A DNA stretch of 64,000 nucleotides from Eubacteriales bacterium (GTDB taxonomy: Bacteria; Bacillota; Clostridia; Oscillospirales; CAG-382). Each line of letters starts with the position of its first letter. Position 1 is the stretch's first letter. The translations under genes were made by a program, and so were the position numbers. The notes beneath the pieces are model-generated. The model was not told the DNA's origin. It ran no database searches and worked only from the letters and a program-made list of their open reading frames with translations. This document shows, in pieces, positions 7,877 to 17,714 of the stretch. Location of the stretch: contig JAZPZV010000020.1 in assembly GCA_045544855.1 (NCBI GenBank), forward strand, positions 21,484-85,483. The letters run 5' to 3'.

Positions 7877-8449
7877 ATGTCTATATTGAAGAAAAACAAC
7901 GAATCGGGGAAAGAGCCTCCCAGTAAAAAGGATGCGAAAAAAAAGAGCAGGGTAAGATGGGTCGTAACGGCATTTCTTGTGAGCTTTGTCATCTCTGCCG
8001 TGTTTTCGGTAACTATGGGAGAGGTCACGGCGAACGCCAACATTGTCGTTGCCATTTTACTGCTGCTTTTCTTTATTGCGCTGGGTATTTTGTTTGACGT
8101 AGTGGGACTTGCCGTGGCAACGGCGGATGCCTCCCCCTTCCACTCCATGGCGGCAAGAAAGCTCCGTGCGGGGAAAAAGGGTGTTTGGCTGGTGGCCAAC
8201 TCCGACAAGGTGTCCTCGGTGTGTAACGACATCGTGGGTGATATCTGCGGCGTCGTGACGGGTGCGGCGGGTGCCGCCATCGTTGCCAAGCTGTTTGCCG
8301 ACGGGGCGTTTTGGTACTCCCTGGCGGTGACCTCCCTGATCTCCGCCATCACGGTAGGAGGCAAGGCGGCCTGCAAGAACTTTGCCATGAAGCACAGCGA
8401 AAACATCGTCATGCTGGTGGCAAAGGCTATGTGTTTGTTCAGAAAATAA
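7877..8449 (+). CDS. oapA: OapA-like small multi-pass membrane protein (OLE-associated protein candidate)
   Basis: 190 aa with a Lys-rich N-terminus followed by about four hydrophobic helices. Sits between the OLE-like gap and dxs. Named from synteny only. Confidence 0.6.
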   Translation: MSILKKNNESGKEPPSKKDAKKKSRVRWVVTAFLVSFVISAVFSVTMGEVTANANIVVAILLLLFFIALGILFDVVGLAVATADASPFHSMAARKLRAGKKGVWLVANSDKVSSVCNDIVGDICGVVTGAAGAAIVAKLFADGAFWYSLAVTSLISAITVGGKAACKNFAMKHSENIVMLVAKAMCLFRK

Positions 8450-8479
8450 GGAGACCTGCCCCGAAGGGCGGGAAAGAGT

Positions 8480-10348
8480 ATGCTGGAATCCATCCACTCC
8501 CCCGAAGATCTGAAAAAGATCCCAAGGGACGAGCTTTTAAATTTGACCAACGAAATACGGGAAGAGCTGGTGCGGGTGGTGTCGGAAAACGGCGGCCATC
8601 TTGCCGCCAATCTGGGCGTGGTGGAGCTTACGGTGGCATTACACCGTGTGTTCGACTGCCCGACGGACAGCATCATCTTTGACGTGGGACATCAGGCCTA
8701 CGTCCACAAGCTTTTGACCGGGAGACGGGAGCAGTTTGCCACCCTGCGGAAGCATGGGGGGCTTTCCGGCTTCCCCAAGATCAGCGAATCGGAATACGAC
8801 GCCTTTGGGTGCGGGCACAGCTCCACCTCCATTTCCGCCGCCATCGGTATTGCCGCGGCAAAGCGGCTTTCCGGGGACGAAAGCTACACGGTGGCAGTCA
8901 TCGGAGACGGTGCTTTTACCGGAGGCATGGCCTACGAGGCTTTGAACAACTGCGCGGGAAATAACAAGCTGATCGTCATTCTTAACGACAATACCATGTC
9001 CATCGCCCGCAACGTGGGGGCAATGGATACATACCTCAACCGCTTCCGCAACAGCGGAAAGTATTTCCGTTTGAAGAGCCGTGTGAAGAGCTTTTTCCGT
9101 TGCATTCCCTTGGTGGGAAAAGGACTGGTGAAGCTGGCCACATGGGTGAAGAACCGGCTGAAGCATCTGCTGGTGCGGGAAAATTTCTTTGAACACATGG
9201 GGCTTTCCTATTACGGCCCTCTGGACGGAAACGACGAGGCTTTGCTGGAAACGGTTTTGAACGAGGCTAAGGAGGACGGGCACTGCAGTGTGGTGCATAT
9301 CCTCACCCAGAAGGGCAAGGGCTATTCCTACGCAGAGGCGCGTCCCGACCTGTTCCACGGCATCGGCAGGTTTGATCCCGCCACCGGTGAGCCTTATTCC
9401 TCCGGCGGGGGCAATTTCTCCGCCGCCTTCGGCAACGCCCTTTGCAGGCTTGCCAAGGAGGACAAGCGGATCTGCGCCATTTCCGCCGCCATGCCCGACG
9501 GCACGGGGCTTGCGGATTTTGCGGAGATCTTCCCGGACCGGTTCTTTGACGTAGGCATCGCAGAGGAGCACGCGGTGACCTTTGCCTGCGGTCTGGCGCG
9601 GCAGGGCATGAAGCCCGTATTTGCGGTGTATTCCACCTTCGCACAGAGAGCCTACGACCAGCTGATCCACGACGGGGCGTTGCAGAATCTGCCCATCGTC
9701 ATCGCTTTGGACCGCGCAGGTCTGGTGGGCGAGGACGGTCCCACGCACCACGGTATTTTCGACGTGGCGTTTTTGAATCAGATCCCCGGGTTCACGGTGT
9801 ATTCCCCCGAAACCTACGGGGAATTGGAGGTCTGTCTGAAAAAGGCTGTTGCGCTCCCCTCTCCCGCGGCGGTACGTTATCCCAGGGGGAAGGAAGCCAC
9901 CTGCACGCAGGAAGCCGTTTATGCAGACGATTCCCTGGCGGTGTACGATTACGGCAGTGATCCCGCCGTGGTGTTCTATACCTACGGCCGTTTTTCCGCA
10001 GAGGTGCGGCAGGCGGCCGAGACCCTTGCAGGCAAGGGCATTTCCGCAAGAGTGGTGAGACTGATCCGCGTGAAGCCCTTGGAGGTTTCCCGCTTGGCGG
10101 CCTACGCAGAGGGTGCAAGCCTTGTGTACGTGGCGGAGGAAGGCATTCGGGAAGGCGGCGTTGGGGAGACCTTGGTGTCTGCCTTTGCGGAAGCCGGTCT
10201 TTGCAGAAATACCCGTGTGTTCATCCGTGCCATTGCGGGGCAATTCCCCACCCATGGCACCACCAAGGAGCTGTTTGCCGATCTGGGCATGACCGCAGAG
10301 CAGATGGCCGCAGAGGCGGAAGGGATGGTGGGCAGTTTTGCGCATTGA
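8480..10348 (+). CDS. dxs: 1-deoxy-D-xylulose-5-phosphate synthase
   Basis: 622 aa. TPP motif GDGAFTGGMAYEALN and transketolase-like middle and C-terminal regions. Confidence 0.95.
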   Translation: MLESIHSPEDLKKIPRDELLNLTNEIREELVRVVSENGGHLAANLGVVELTVALHRVFDCPTDSIIFDVGHQAYVHKLLTGRREQFATLRKHGGLSGFPKISESEYDAFGCGHSSTSISAAIGIAAAKRLSGDESYTVAVIGDGAFTGGMAYEALNNCAGNNKLIVILNDNTMSIARNVGAMDTYLNRFRNSGKYFRLKSRVKSFFRCIPLVGKGLVKLATWVKNRLKHLLVRENFFEHMGLSYYGPLDGNDEALLETVLNEAKEDGHCSVVHILTQKGKGYSYAEARPDLFHGIGRFDPATGEPYSSGGGNFSAAFGNALCRLAKEDKRICAISAAMPDGTGLADFAEIFPDRFFDVGIAEEHAVTFACGLARQGMKPVFAVYSTFAQRAYDQLIHDGALQNLPIVIALDRAGLVGEDGPTHHGIFDVAFLNQIPGFTVYSPETYGELEVCLKKAVALPSPAAVRYPRGKEATCTQEAVYADDSLAVYDYGSDPAVVFYTYGRFSAEVRQAAETLAGKGISARVVRLIRVKPLEVSRLAAYAEGASLVYVAEEGIREGGVGETLVSAFAEAGLCRNTRVFIRAIAGQFPTHGTTKELFADLGMTAEQMAAEAEGMVGSFAH

Positions 10349-11072
10349 TCTGTTTCTTGCGGAAAACGGCTATTGCAAAAGCCGCTCCAAGGCTGCGGAA
10401 GCCATTAAGGAAGGCCGTGTTCTGGTAGGCGGCAAGCCTGTGGAAAAGCCCTCTTTCCTTGTGGAGGACGGCATGGAAGTGACGCTTCTGGAAACGGAGG
10501 AGGAAGGCTTCGTCTCCCGTGCGGGGTACAAGCTGGAAGGGGCGCTGAAGGCCTTTGGCGTAGACGTTTCCGGCATGACCGCCGTGGACCTGGGTGCTTC
10601 CACCGGGGGCTTTACCGATTGTCTGTTGCAAAGAGGCGCCTCCTACGTGTACGCCGTGGACGTGGGACACAGCCAGCTGGACGAAAAGCTGCTGTGTGAT
10701 GCCCGTGTAAAAAATATGGAAAAAACCAACGCACGGTACTTGAAAAAGGAAGATTTTGCCCGTCCCGTGGACATTGTGGTGACGGACGTTTCCTTTATCT
10801 CCCAAAGACTTTTATACCCCGCCGTGGGGGACATTCTCCCTGTGGGCGGGCTCTTTATCTCCCTGATCAAGCCCCAGTTCGAGGTGGGAAAACAGCACGT
10901 GGGAAAGGGCGGCATCGTCCGTGATCCCCGTGGAAAGCTGTTTTGCAATCTGCTGGAGGCGTTGAAGCTTGAGGGAAGCAATCACGGATTAAAGCTTTTA
11001 TCATACACCGACTCCCCCATTTTGGGCGGGGACGGCAATCGGGAATACCTGGCCTATTGGCGGAAGGAGTGA
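10338..11072 (+). CDS. tlyA: TlyA-family rRNA 2'-O-methyltransferase (hemolysin A-like)
   Basis: S4 N-terminus (RIDLFLAENGYCKSRSKAAEAIKEGRV) and SAM motif VDLGASTGGFTDCLL. Confidence 0.85.
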   Translation: MRIDLFLAENGYCKSRSKAAEAIKEGRVLVGGKPVEKPSFLVEDGMEVTLLETEEEGFVSRAGYKLEGALKAFGVDVSGMTAVDLGASTGGFTDCLLQRGASYVYAVDVGHSQLDEKLLCDARVKNMEKTNARYLKKEDFARPVDIVVTDVSFISQRLLYPAVGDILPVGGLFISLIKPQFEVGKQHVGKGGIVRDPRGKLFCNLLEALKLEGSNHGLKLLSYTDSPILGGDGNREYLAYWRKE

Positions 11073-11078
11073 AGTCCC

Positions 11079-11909
11079 ATGCTGTACAAAACCATACTGC
11101 TGTATCCCAATCAAAGCAGACCGGTGGATCGGCGTGACTTTGAGAAGGTAGCTTCCCTGCTGTCGGGCATGGGGTACACCCTGTTCACCTCGGACAGCTC
11201 CTTTGCCACCGATGAGATCCGTTATCTCCCCACCCACGCCGCCTACTCCGGCTGTGATGCGGTGGTGGTGTTGGGCGGTGACGGCACCATGCTTGCCGCC
11301 GCACGTCTGGCAAGAAAGACGGGGATCCCCTTGGTGGGCATCAACTTCGGCACTTTGGGCTATATGGCGGAATTGGAAATTTCGGAATGCCACCTGCTGG
11401 CAGGGCTGGAGGAAGCGGGCATCGAGGAGCGTATGCTTTTGGATGCCACCGTGGAAGGGGAAGGCGTTCCCCTGCAGACCATGACGGGGTTGAACGAGGC
11501 GGCGGTCTGCCGTGCCGTTCCCGGTACGCTGATCCGTTTGCGGCTGTTCTGCGACGGCAACGAGGTCTGCTCTTACCGCGGGGACGGGATGATCGTTTCC
11601 ACCCCCACAGGCTCCAGCGCATACAACCTTTCCGCAGGCGGGCCCATCATCGATCCCAAGCTGAACGCTTTTTGCGTGTCTCCCCTGGCGCCCCACACCC
11701 TGGCGGCCATGCGTCCCATGGTGTTCTCCCCGGACTCCGTGCTTACGGTGGAGATCGAAGGAGATGCCTCCGTGGCGGTGGACAGCAACCTCTTCCCTGT
11801 TTTGAAGGGCAAGAGCCGCCTTACGGTGAAGCAGAGCGAGGACAAGGTGAAGCTTTTGAAGCTGAAAAACGCAGGCTTTTACGAAGCGCTGATGAAGAAA
11901 CTGACGTAA
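11079..11909 (+). CDS. nadK: NAD kinase
   Basis: GGDGTML motif, later NEA and STPTGSSAYNLSAGGP motifs. Confidence 0.9.
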   Translation: MLYKTILLYPNQSRPVDRRDFEKVASLLSGMGYTLFTSDSSFATDEIRYLPTHAAYSGCDAVVVLGGDGTMLAAARLARKTGIPLVGINFGTLGYMAELEISECHLLAGLEEAGIEERMLLDATVEGEGVPLQTMTGLNEAAVCRAVPGTLIRLRLFCDGNEVCSYRGDGMIVSTPTGSSAYNLSAGGPIIDPKLNAFCVSPLAPHTLAAMRPMVFSPDSVLTVEIEGDASVAVDSNLFPVLKGKSRLTVKQSEDKVKLLKLKNAGFYEALMKKLT

Positions 11910-11930
11910 GGTCAATAAAGAGAGAGCTTT

Positions 11931-12401
11931 ATGAAAAACAAACGACAAGCAGCCATTCTGGAGCTGATCGAGAATAACGTGGTGGACACCCAGGAGCTTT
12001 TGCAGGAAATGCTGGCGGCAAGGGGCTTTTCCGTGACCCAGGCCACCGTTTCCAGAGATATCCGAGAGCTGAATCTGGTGAAATCCATCGGAGAGGACGG
12101 GGTGTATAAATACCGTGCCCAAGTCTCCCCCAGGAAAGAGCGGCAGATGATCTCCGACACCTACATTCCCATTCTGCGCCACGCCGCCACCGGGGCGGAA
12201 GCCGCCGGCAATCTGGTGGTGGTCAAGACCCGTAACGGCATGGGCAACGCCGTGGGTGCAGCCCTGGATGCCATTGCCATCCCCGAATGCGTGGGCACGC
12301 TGGCGGGGGACGACACCCTGCTGATCATCGCCAAAACACCCGAAGGTGCAGAGAGGATCTGCAACGACCTGTGCAGAATGATCTTCTCCGACCACGATTG
12401 A
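11931..12401 (+). CDS. argR: Arginine repressor
   Basis: 156 aa. Winged-helix N-terminus (KRQAAILELIENN..VTQATVSRDIREL) and C-terminal GTLAGDDT motif. Confidence 0.9.
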   Translation: MKNKRQAAILELIENNVVDTQELLQEMLAARGFSVTQATVSRDIRELNLVKSIGEDGVYKYRAQVSPRKERQMISDTYIPILRHAATGAEAAGNLVVVKTRNGMGNAVGAALDAIAIPECVGTLAGDDTLLIIAKTPEGAERICNDLCRMIFSDHD

Positions 12402-12432
12402 CCGCCCGACACGAAAGGAGCGTGGAGTCTCC

Positions 12433-14097
12433 ATGCTGACATCCCTTCATATCGAAAACATCGCCCTGATCCGTAGGCTTGATCTTGAGCCCGCGGCGGG
12501 GTTTTGCGCCTTTACGGGGGAAACCGGTGCGGGCAAAAGCATTCTGATCGATGCCATCGGTCTTCTTTGCGGTGCCAGAGGAGAGCGGGAGCTGATCCGT
12601 TCGGGAGAGGAATCCGCTTTGGTGGAGGGGGTATTCGATTGTCCCGTCCGCATGGAAAAGGCCTTGGAGGAGCTGGACGTTACCCCCGAGGAGGACGGGC
12701 TGCTGTTTTTAAGCCGCAGGCTGACGGCCGACGGCAGAAGCACCGCCAAGATCAACGGCAGAACGGTGCCTCTCGCCAAGCTGAGAGAGGTTGCGGCGTT
12801 GCTTTTGAACATCCACGGTCAGCAGGACACCCAAAGCCTTGCCTCCGAGGAAAAGCAGAGGGTGCTTTTGGATCTGTTCTGCGGAAACGAAGGCCTGTTG
12901 GAGGAGTACGGCAGAATTTACGGAGAATGCCGTGCCCTGCAGAGAGAATTGAAGGAAAGAAAAGAAAAAGCGGAGGATCTGGCGGAACGCAGAGATCTTC
13001 TGGAATATCAGGTAAGAGAGCTGAAGCAGGCCAAGATCCGCCCCGGTGAAGAGGCGGAGCTGACGGCGGAGCACGCTCTGCTTGCCAACAGCGAAAAGGT
13101 GACGGAAAACGCCCACGAGGCCTACGGTGCTTTGTACGGCAATGATCTTTCCGCCATGGCACAGCTGAAGACCTCCATGCAGGCGGTGAAGCGGTTGGCT
13201 TCCATTCTGCCCGAGTGCAAGGAATACTTTGCACGGATGGAGGACGTGAAGGCAGAGCTGACGGACATTGCGGAAAGTCTGTTGCCCTACGCCGACCACA
13301 TGGAAAACACGGCGGAACGGTTGACGGTGGTGGAAAACCGCTTGGAAAAGCTTTCCGCATTGGAACGGAAATACAGGACCGACGAAGCGGGGCTGGCGGA
13401 AAAGCTGAAAAAGGCCTCCGCAGACCTGGCACTTTTGGAAAACTGCGGGGAGGATTGCCTGCAATTGGAAAAGGCGCTTAAGGAAAAGGAAGCCCTTCTG
13501 AAGGAGGCGGGTGCGGCCTTACGGCAGGCCCGTATCCGCGGAGGGAAGCTTCTTTCGGAGCGGGTGCAGGAAGCTTTGGCAGAGCTGGATATGCCCAAGG
13601 TGCGGTTCGTGATCTCCGTGGAAGAAGGAGCTGCCACCCCCGACGGTATGGATGCCATTGACTTCTCCGTCAGCGCCAATGCGGGAGAAGCGCCCCGTCC
13701 CATCGGAAAGATCGCCTCGGGTGGTGAGCTTTCCCGTATTATGCTCTGTCTGCAATGCGTTTTGGCAGACGTGATGGAGACCCCCACCATGATCTTTGAC
13801 GAGATCGACACCGGTATTTCCGGCAAGACCAACGAAAAGATCGGGCGGATGATGGCACAGATCGCCTCCGGCGGCAACACCCAGGTGATCTGCGTCACCC
13901 ATGCGGCACAGCTGGCGGCTTGCGCTTCCCATCAGTACCGCATTTCCAAGAAGGAAGAAAACGGCAGAACCCAGACGGAGGTCCTGCTTCTGAACAGAGA
14001 AGAACGGATCGGGGAGCTTGCCCGCATTATGGGCGGTCTGCAGGTGACGGATACCGTTCGGAAGGCGGCAGAGGAACTGCTGGACGGTGGGGCATGA
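12433..14097 (+). CDS. recN: DNA repair protein RecN
   Basis: Walker A FTGETGAGKSILIDA, long coiled-coil middle, signature ASGGELSRIML and Walker B MIFDEIDTG. Confidence 0.95.
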   Translation: MLTSLHIENIALIRRLDLEPAAGFCAFTGETGAGKSILIDAIGLLCGARGERELIRSGEESALVEGVFDCPVRMEKALEELDVTPEEDGLLFLSRRLTADGRSTAKINGRTVPLAKLREVAALLLNIHGQQDTQSLASEEKQRVLLDLFCGNEGLLEEYGRIYGECRALQRELKERKEKAEDLAERRDLLEYQVRELKQAKIRPGEEAELTAEHALLANSEKVTENAHEAYGALYGNDLSAMAQLKTSMQAVKRLASILPECKEYFARMEDVKAELTDIAESLLPYADHMENTAERLTVVENRLEKLSALERKYRTDEAGLAEKLKKASADLALLENCGEDCLQLEKALKEKEALLKEAGAALRQARIRGGKLLSERVQEALAELDMPKVRFVISVEEGAATPDGMDAIDFSVSANAGEAPRPIGKIASGGELSRIMLCLQCVLADVMETPTMIFDEIDTGISGKTNEKIGRMMAQIASGGNTQVICVTHAAQLAACASHQYRISKKEENGRTQTEVLLLNREERIGELARIMGGLQVTDTVRKAAEELLDGGA

Positions 14098-14627
14098 CTT
14101 GGTTGAAGACCCACAAAAAGCAGGTGTTCACCTGGCTGTTGATCCTTGCCACCCTGGGATGTCAGATCTTTATCTTCTCCAACTCCCTGCGGGACGGAGA
14201 AGAATCCGCCAAGCAAAGCGGTATCGTGGTGGAGCTGGTAAAGCCCCCTGTGGAACAGCTTTTGCCCGTCGTGAAGGTAGAGCCCACGGAGCAGAACATC
14301 GTGCGCTTCGTGCGGAAGGCGGCACACTTTTTGGAGTTTGCCCTGCTTGGCTGTCTGTGCTGTTTTACGGCACGGCGATTTACGGAAAAGAAAGGGTTGT
14401 TTTTGACCTTGCCTTTGGGATACGCGGTGCTTACCGCCTTTGCGGATGAAGGGATCCAACTCCTTTCCGCAGGACGGGCAGGCAGGCTGACGGACGTGCT
14501 CATCGACAGCGCAGGCGCTGTGACGGGGCTGTTGTTCGCCTTTGGCTGTCTGGCACTTTGGGGGTATTTCCGCAAAAGGAAGGACAAAAACAAGGTTACC
14601 CACAAAAATACGGAGGAAATGAAATGA
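14094..14627 (+). CDS. VanZ-family membrane protein
   Basis: ATG overlaps the recN stop (ATGA). Motifs KAAHFLEFALLG and DEGIQLLSAGRAGRLTDVLIDSAG. Confidence 0.75.
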   Translation: MTWLKTHKKQVFTWLLILATLGCQIFIFSNSLRDGEESAKQSGIVVELVKPPVEQLLPVVKVEPTEQNIVRFVRKAAHFLEFALLGCLCCFTARRFTEKKGLFLTLPLGYAVLTAFADEGIQLLSAGRAGRLTDVLIDSAGAVTGLLFAFGCLALWGYFRKRKDKNKVTHKNTEEMK

Positions 14628-16024
14628 AAAACACCATGAAAGCAAAAAGGATCTTCTCTCTGCTGACGGCGGTGGTTTTGCTCTGCCTGCCCTGCTTGCT
14701 GGCTTCCTGCGAAACGGAAAGCCCGGAGAGCACAAGCAGTACGGAAAGCATTGCGCCCCCCACCCATGCAGAGCTGTTCTGGGAGGCGGTGTGCACCGTG
14801 GGGGACTATTTCGGTCCCATGGAGGCCACCTTCGGGATGCCCCTGTTCACCATTCTGACGGGCTCTGAGGACGGCACCGAGACGGAGATTTTGAACATCG
14901 AGAAGATCGCCGCCATGAACGTGAATCTGCTGGGAGATCAGCCCGTTCGCAAGGAAGCGGTGACCAAGACCTTGGGGAATTTGATCAACACCTCCGGCAC
15001 CTGGTATGCCGCAGGGGAGGAGATCCTGTTCGAGGAGCTGGCAAACGAGGATCTGGAGTATTTCCTCCTCCCCGAGGTGCAGGCGGATCCTTACGCCCTG
15101 ACCTCCGGCGGCGGGCTTAGCTCCATGCTGAGCATGGACATGAATCTGGTTCCCGACGGACTTTTGGATTCTTTGGAAACGGCTGTGAAGGAGCTGTTCA
15201 CCGACGAGATGATCCTGATCGCCAAGAGCGACGTGGTGGATACCTACACCATCACCATGGATCCCGAGACCGCCAAGGCTTTTGACGCTATTCTGGAAGA
15301 AAACATGAAGGAAAGCGGCATGGACGGTCTGTTCGGCACCGGGGACTTGACCAACAACGAGGGCATTGAGGTGTCCGGCGGCACTTCAGAGCTGACCAAG
15401 GTGCTGGTTCTGAACGTGGCGGAAGGCAAGAACTATCAGCTGAAGCTTTCCACCATGGATAACGGTACTGCCGTTTCCGTTGCATATTTCACCATTTCCG
15501 TGAACGGCGCGGTGACCACCCTGCAGTACACCGTCACCGAAGGAGAGACGGAGGTCTCCCGCACAAGCTGTACCTTCACCGTGGCGGCCAACAATCTGAA
15601 AATGGAGGCCGAGATGGTGGAAAACGGCAACACCACCACTGCGGATCTCACCGTTTCCGCAGACGAGGTCAAGAAGCTCACCTTCAAGGGGGACATCAAC
15701 ACCTCTTACGTGGCGGAGGGGATGACCCTTGCTGTCCCCATCGCTGTCAGCGGTACTTATCACGATACGGAAAACGAAGTCAAGACCACCTTCGCCCTGT
15801 CCGCTTCCGTGTCCGGACTGCTGGAACTCGCCGTTTCCGGTGAGAACGTCTTTATCCCCGGCACCCCCGAGGTTAAGGCACCCCAGGCCGATCTGAAGGT
15901 CACCGAGACGAATATGGATACGCTGATCCAACAGATGGAATCCGTGTATCCCTCTGCCGCCGCCCTTTATCAGACCCTGATGGGGCTGACGGAGTTCGAC
16001 CCCGGGACGGTCCCCAACCAATAA
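14624..16024 (+). CDS. Lipoprotein, unknown function
   Basis: GGAGG RBS and ATG overlapping the vanZ stop. Signal plus lipobox LLASC. Thr/Glu-rich beta-type sequence. Confidence 0.75.
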   Translation: MKNTMKAKRIFSLLTAVVLLCLPCLLASCETESPESTSSTESIAPPTHAELFWEAVCTVGDYFGPMEATFGMPLFTILTGSEDGTETEILNIEKIAAMNVNLLGDQPVRKEAVTKTLGNLINTSGTWYAAGEEILFEELANEDLEYFLLPEVQADPYALTSGGGLSSMLSMDMNLVPDGLLDSLETAVKELFTDEMILIAKSDVVDTYTITMDPETAKAFDAILEENMKESGMDGLFGTGDLTNNEGIEVSGGTSELTKVLVLNVAEGKNYQLKLSTMDNGTAVSVAYFTISVNGAVTTLQYTVTEGETEVSRTSCTFTVAANNLKMEAEMVENGNTTTADLTVSADEVKKLTFKGDINTSYVAEGMTLAVPIAVSGTYHDTENEVKTTFALSASVSGLLELAVSGENVFIPGTPEVKAPQADLKVTETNMDTLIQQMESVYPSAAALYQTLMGLTEFDPGTVPNQ

Positions 16025-16030
16025 ACAAAA

Positions 16031-16063
16031 GAACGGGGACGCTTTACGGCGTTCCCGTTTTTG
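16031..16063 (+). terminator. Rho-independent terminator of the recN-vanZ-lipoprotein unit
   Basis: AACGGGGACGC-tttac-GGCGTTCCCGTT followed by a T-run. Confidence 0.7.
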
Positions 16064-16196
16064 CTACAAGGGGGGGCGCAACCTCGCTTTAGCGAGGTAT
16101 AGAATCATTCAAAGAACTTTTAATGCCGAAAACTGACGTTTTCGGAAAATGATCGAACGTATTCACATTGCGGGGTTAACACATTGGAGGTAACTT

Positions 16197-17015
16197 ATGC
16201 ATTACGATCTGCACGTACACACCCACCTTTCCGATTGTGCGGCCAAGGACGCCTTGTTCCACCGCTATATCGCCGCGGCGGAAAAAGCCAACCAAACCGT
16301 TCTGGGCTTCACCGACCACAGCTGGGGCAAGGGTGTCCCCGGGGCCTCTTCCTGGTACCAAAAGCAGCCCTATGAGCGGCTGGCGGCACAGAAAAAGGAG
16401 ATCGAATTCTACCTGGCGGAGCATCCCTCTACCGTAAAGGTGTTCCAGGGCGCAGAGGGAGAATACGCAAACTTCTTGCTTGGCTTGGACGAGGAGGCGG
16501 CGCAGTACGCCGATTATATCATCATCCCCCACGACCACGTCCACATGAAGGGCTTCGTGATCCCTGCGGACAAAACAAGCGCCAAGGACGTGGCGAAATT
16601 CCTGCTGGAAAGCTTTGAAGCCCTTTGCAAGCACCCGAAAAGAGGGCTGTTCGTAGGGCTTTGCCACCCCATGATCCCCTGCTGTATGCCCTGGGAATTC
16701 AAAAACGAAGCCTACAAGTACATCACCGACGCCCAACTGAAGGACGCCTTGACGGGGGCCAAGGAGGCGGGGCTGTGGATGGAACTGAACCTTTCCGAAT
16801 TCGGCTCTGTGCCGGACGGCGAATTGGAAAGCTTTGAATATCTGCGCTTCTTCCGCATTGCCAAAGAGGTGGGGAATATTCTGTATTGGGGCAGCGACTC
16901 CCACACCGTGGAGTCTTACGAAAAGCGGATCCCCTATTCCGAAAAGATCCTCGCCCTCACGGGGCTTACGGAAGAGGATTTCATGGCGGCAGAGCGTGCC
17001 ATGCTAAGCCGTTAA
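16197..17015 (+). CDS. PHP-domain metal-dependent phosphoesterase
   Basis: MHYDLHVHTHLSDCA motif, later FTDHSW and GSDSH. RBS GGAGG. Confidence 0.8.
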   Translation: MHYDLHVHTHLSDCAAKDALFHRYIAAAEKANQTVLGFTDHSWGKGVPGASSWYQKQPYERLAAQKKEIEFYLAEHPSTVKVFQGAEGEYANFLLGLDEEAAQYADYIIIPHDHVHMKGFVIPADKTSAKDVAKFLLESFEALCKHPKRGLFVGLCHPMIPCCMPWEFKNEAYKYITDAQLKDALTGAKEAGLWMELNLSEFGSVPDGELESFEYLRFFRIAKEVGNILYWGSDSHTVESYEKRIPYSEKILALTGLTEEDFMAAERAMLSR

Positions 17016-17407
17016 AGCGTGCCGTACACCGCCATGGTGAAGGTCTCCAGAGCCCTCTTGCGGTCACGGTAGATGGCGGAGCGTTCCTTTTGGTGGCGTT
17101 CCGAAAGCTCTTCCACACAGTCCTTGGTGCGGTGGACGAAAAACAGATCCAGCAGATCCTTTTGGTATTCCGTCAGCACGGCGTACCCCCGTTCCATCCG
17201 CTCGGATTCCTCGTACAGGGCGCGGAGGCGATGCCTTACGTCCTGTGCCTTGGTGTTCAGCCGTTCTCTGCGGGGGCATTCCCCAATGGTGGGGTCTGCC
17301 AGCTCCCCTTCCAGAAAACGGATCTCGTCCTCAAGAGTCTCCCGGGCGATCTCCACCAAGGACTTTCGCGCCAGCATTTTTTCGGCAATTTTGGTGTAGC
17401 TGTCCAT
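17012..17407 (-). CDS. Small sigma-70 region-4-like HTH protein
   Basis: 131 aa. The C-terminal LTEYQKDLLDLFFV...ELSERHQKERSAIYRDRKRALE resembles a sigma region 4 HTH. Transcribed divergently from the LRR gene pair. Confidence 0.55.
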   Translation of the reverse strand: MDSYTKIAEKMLARKSLVEIARETLEDEIRFLEGELADPTIGECPRRERLNTKAQDVRHRLRALYEESERMERGYAVLTEYQKDLLDLFFVHRTKDCVEELSERHQKERSAIYRDRKRALETFTMAVYGTL

Positions 17408-17714
17408 TTTGTTTCCTTTCTTCTCATAAACCTGTCTGTCATCTCATCGCCGTCACGGATGGAGCGTAACCGTGGCGGCGTCCTTCTTTTTCAAACAACG
17501 AACATCTGTTCTTGTTCGGTAAATGGAGTATAGCACAAAAATTCCCCCTTGTCAAGGGGTTTTTGCTTTTTGTACACATTGCACAAAAAAACGGTCGACC
17601 CATGTCAAAAATGCAGAAATTTGTCCACAGGACATTTTTTCATGCTTTGTTTCTTGTTTCTTCACATTTTCTATGGTAAAATAAAGAAAAAATGACTTGA
17701 AAGGAGTGTCTTTT

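Noticed and set aside
8639-10345. 568-aa ORF antisense to dxs
   Set aside because: Dxs on the plus strand is unambiguous (TPP motif, full length). The antisense ORF is low-complexity and has no RBS.
11001-12434. 477-aa ORF antisense to nadK and argR
   Set aside because: It spans two well-supported plus-strand genes and the gap between them. This is a typical GC-rich antisense artefact.
17408-17696. Invertible promoter (inverton) upstream of the LRR genes
   Set aside because: Only short local hairpins are present (TTTTTGT...ACAAAAA, CCCCTT-GTC-AAGGGG). There is no pair of long inverted repeats flanking a promoter and no nearby invertase.
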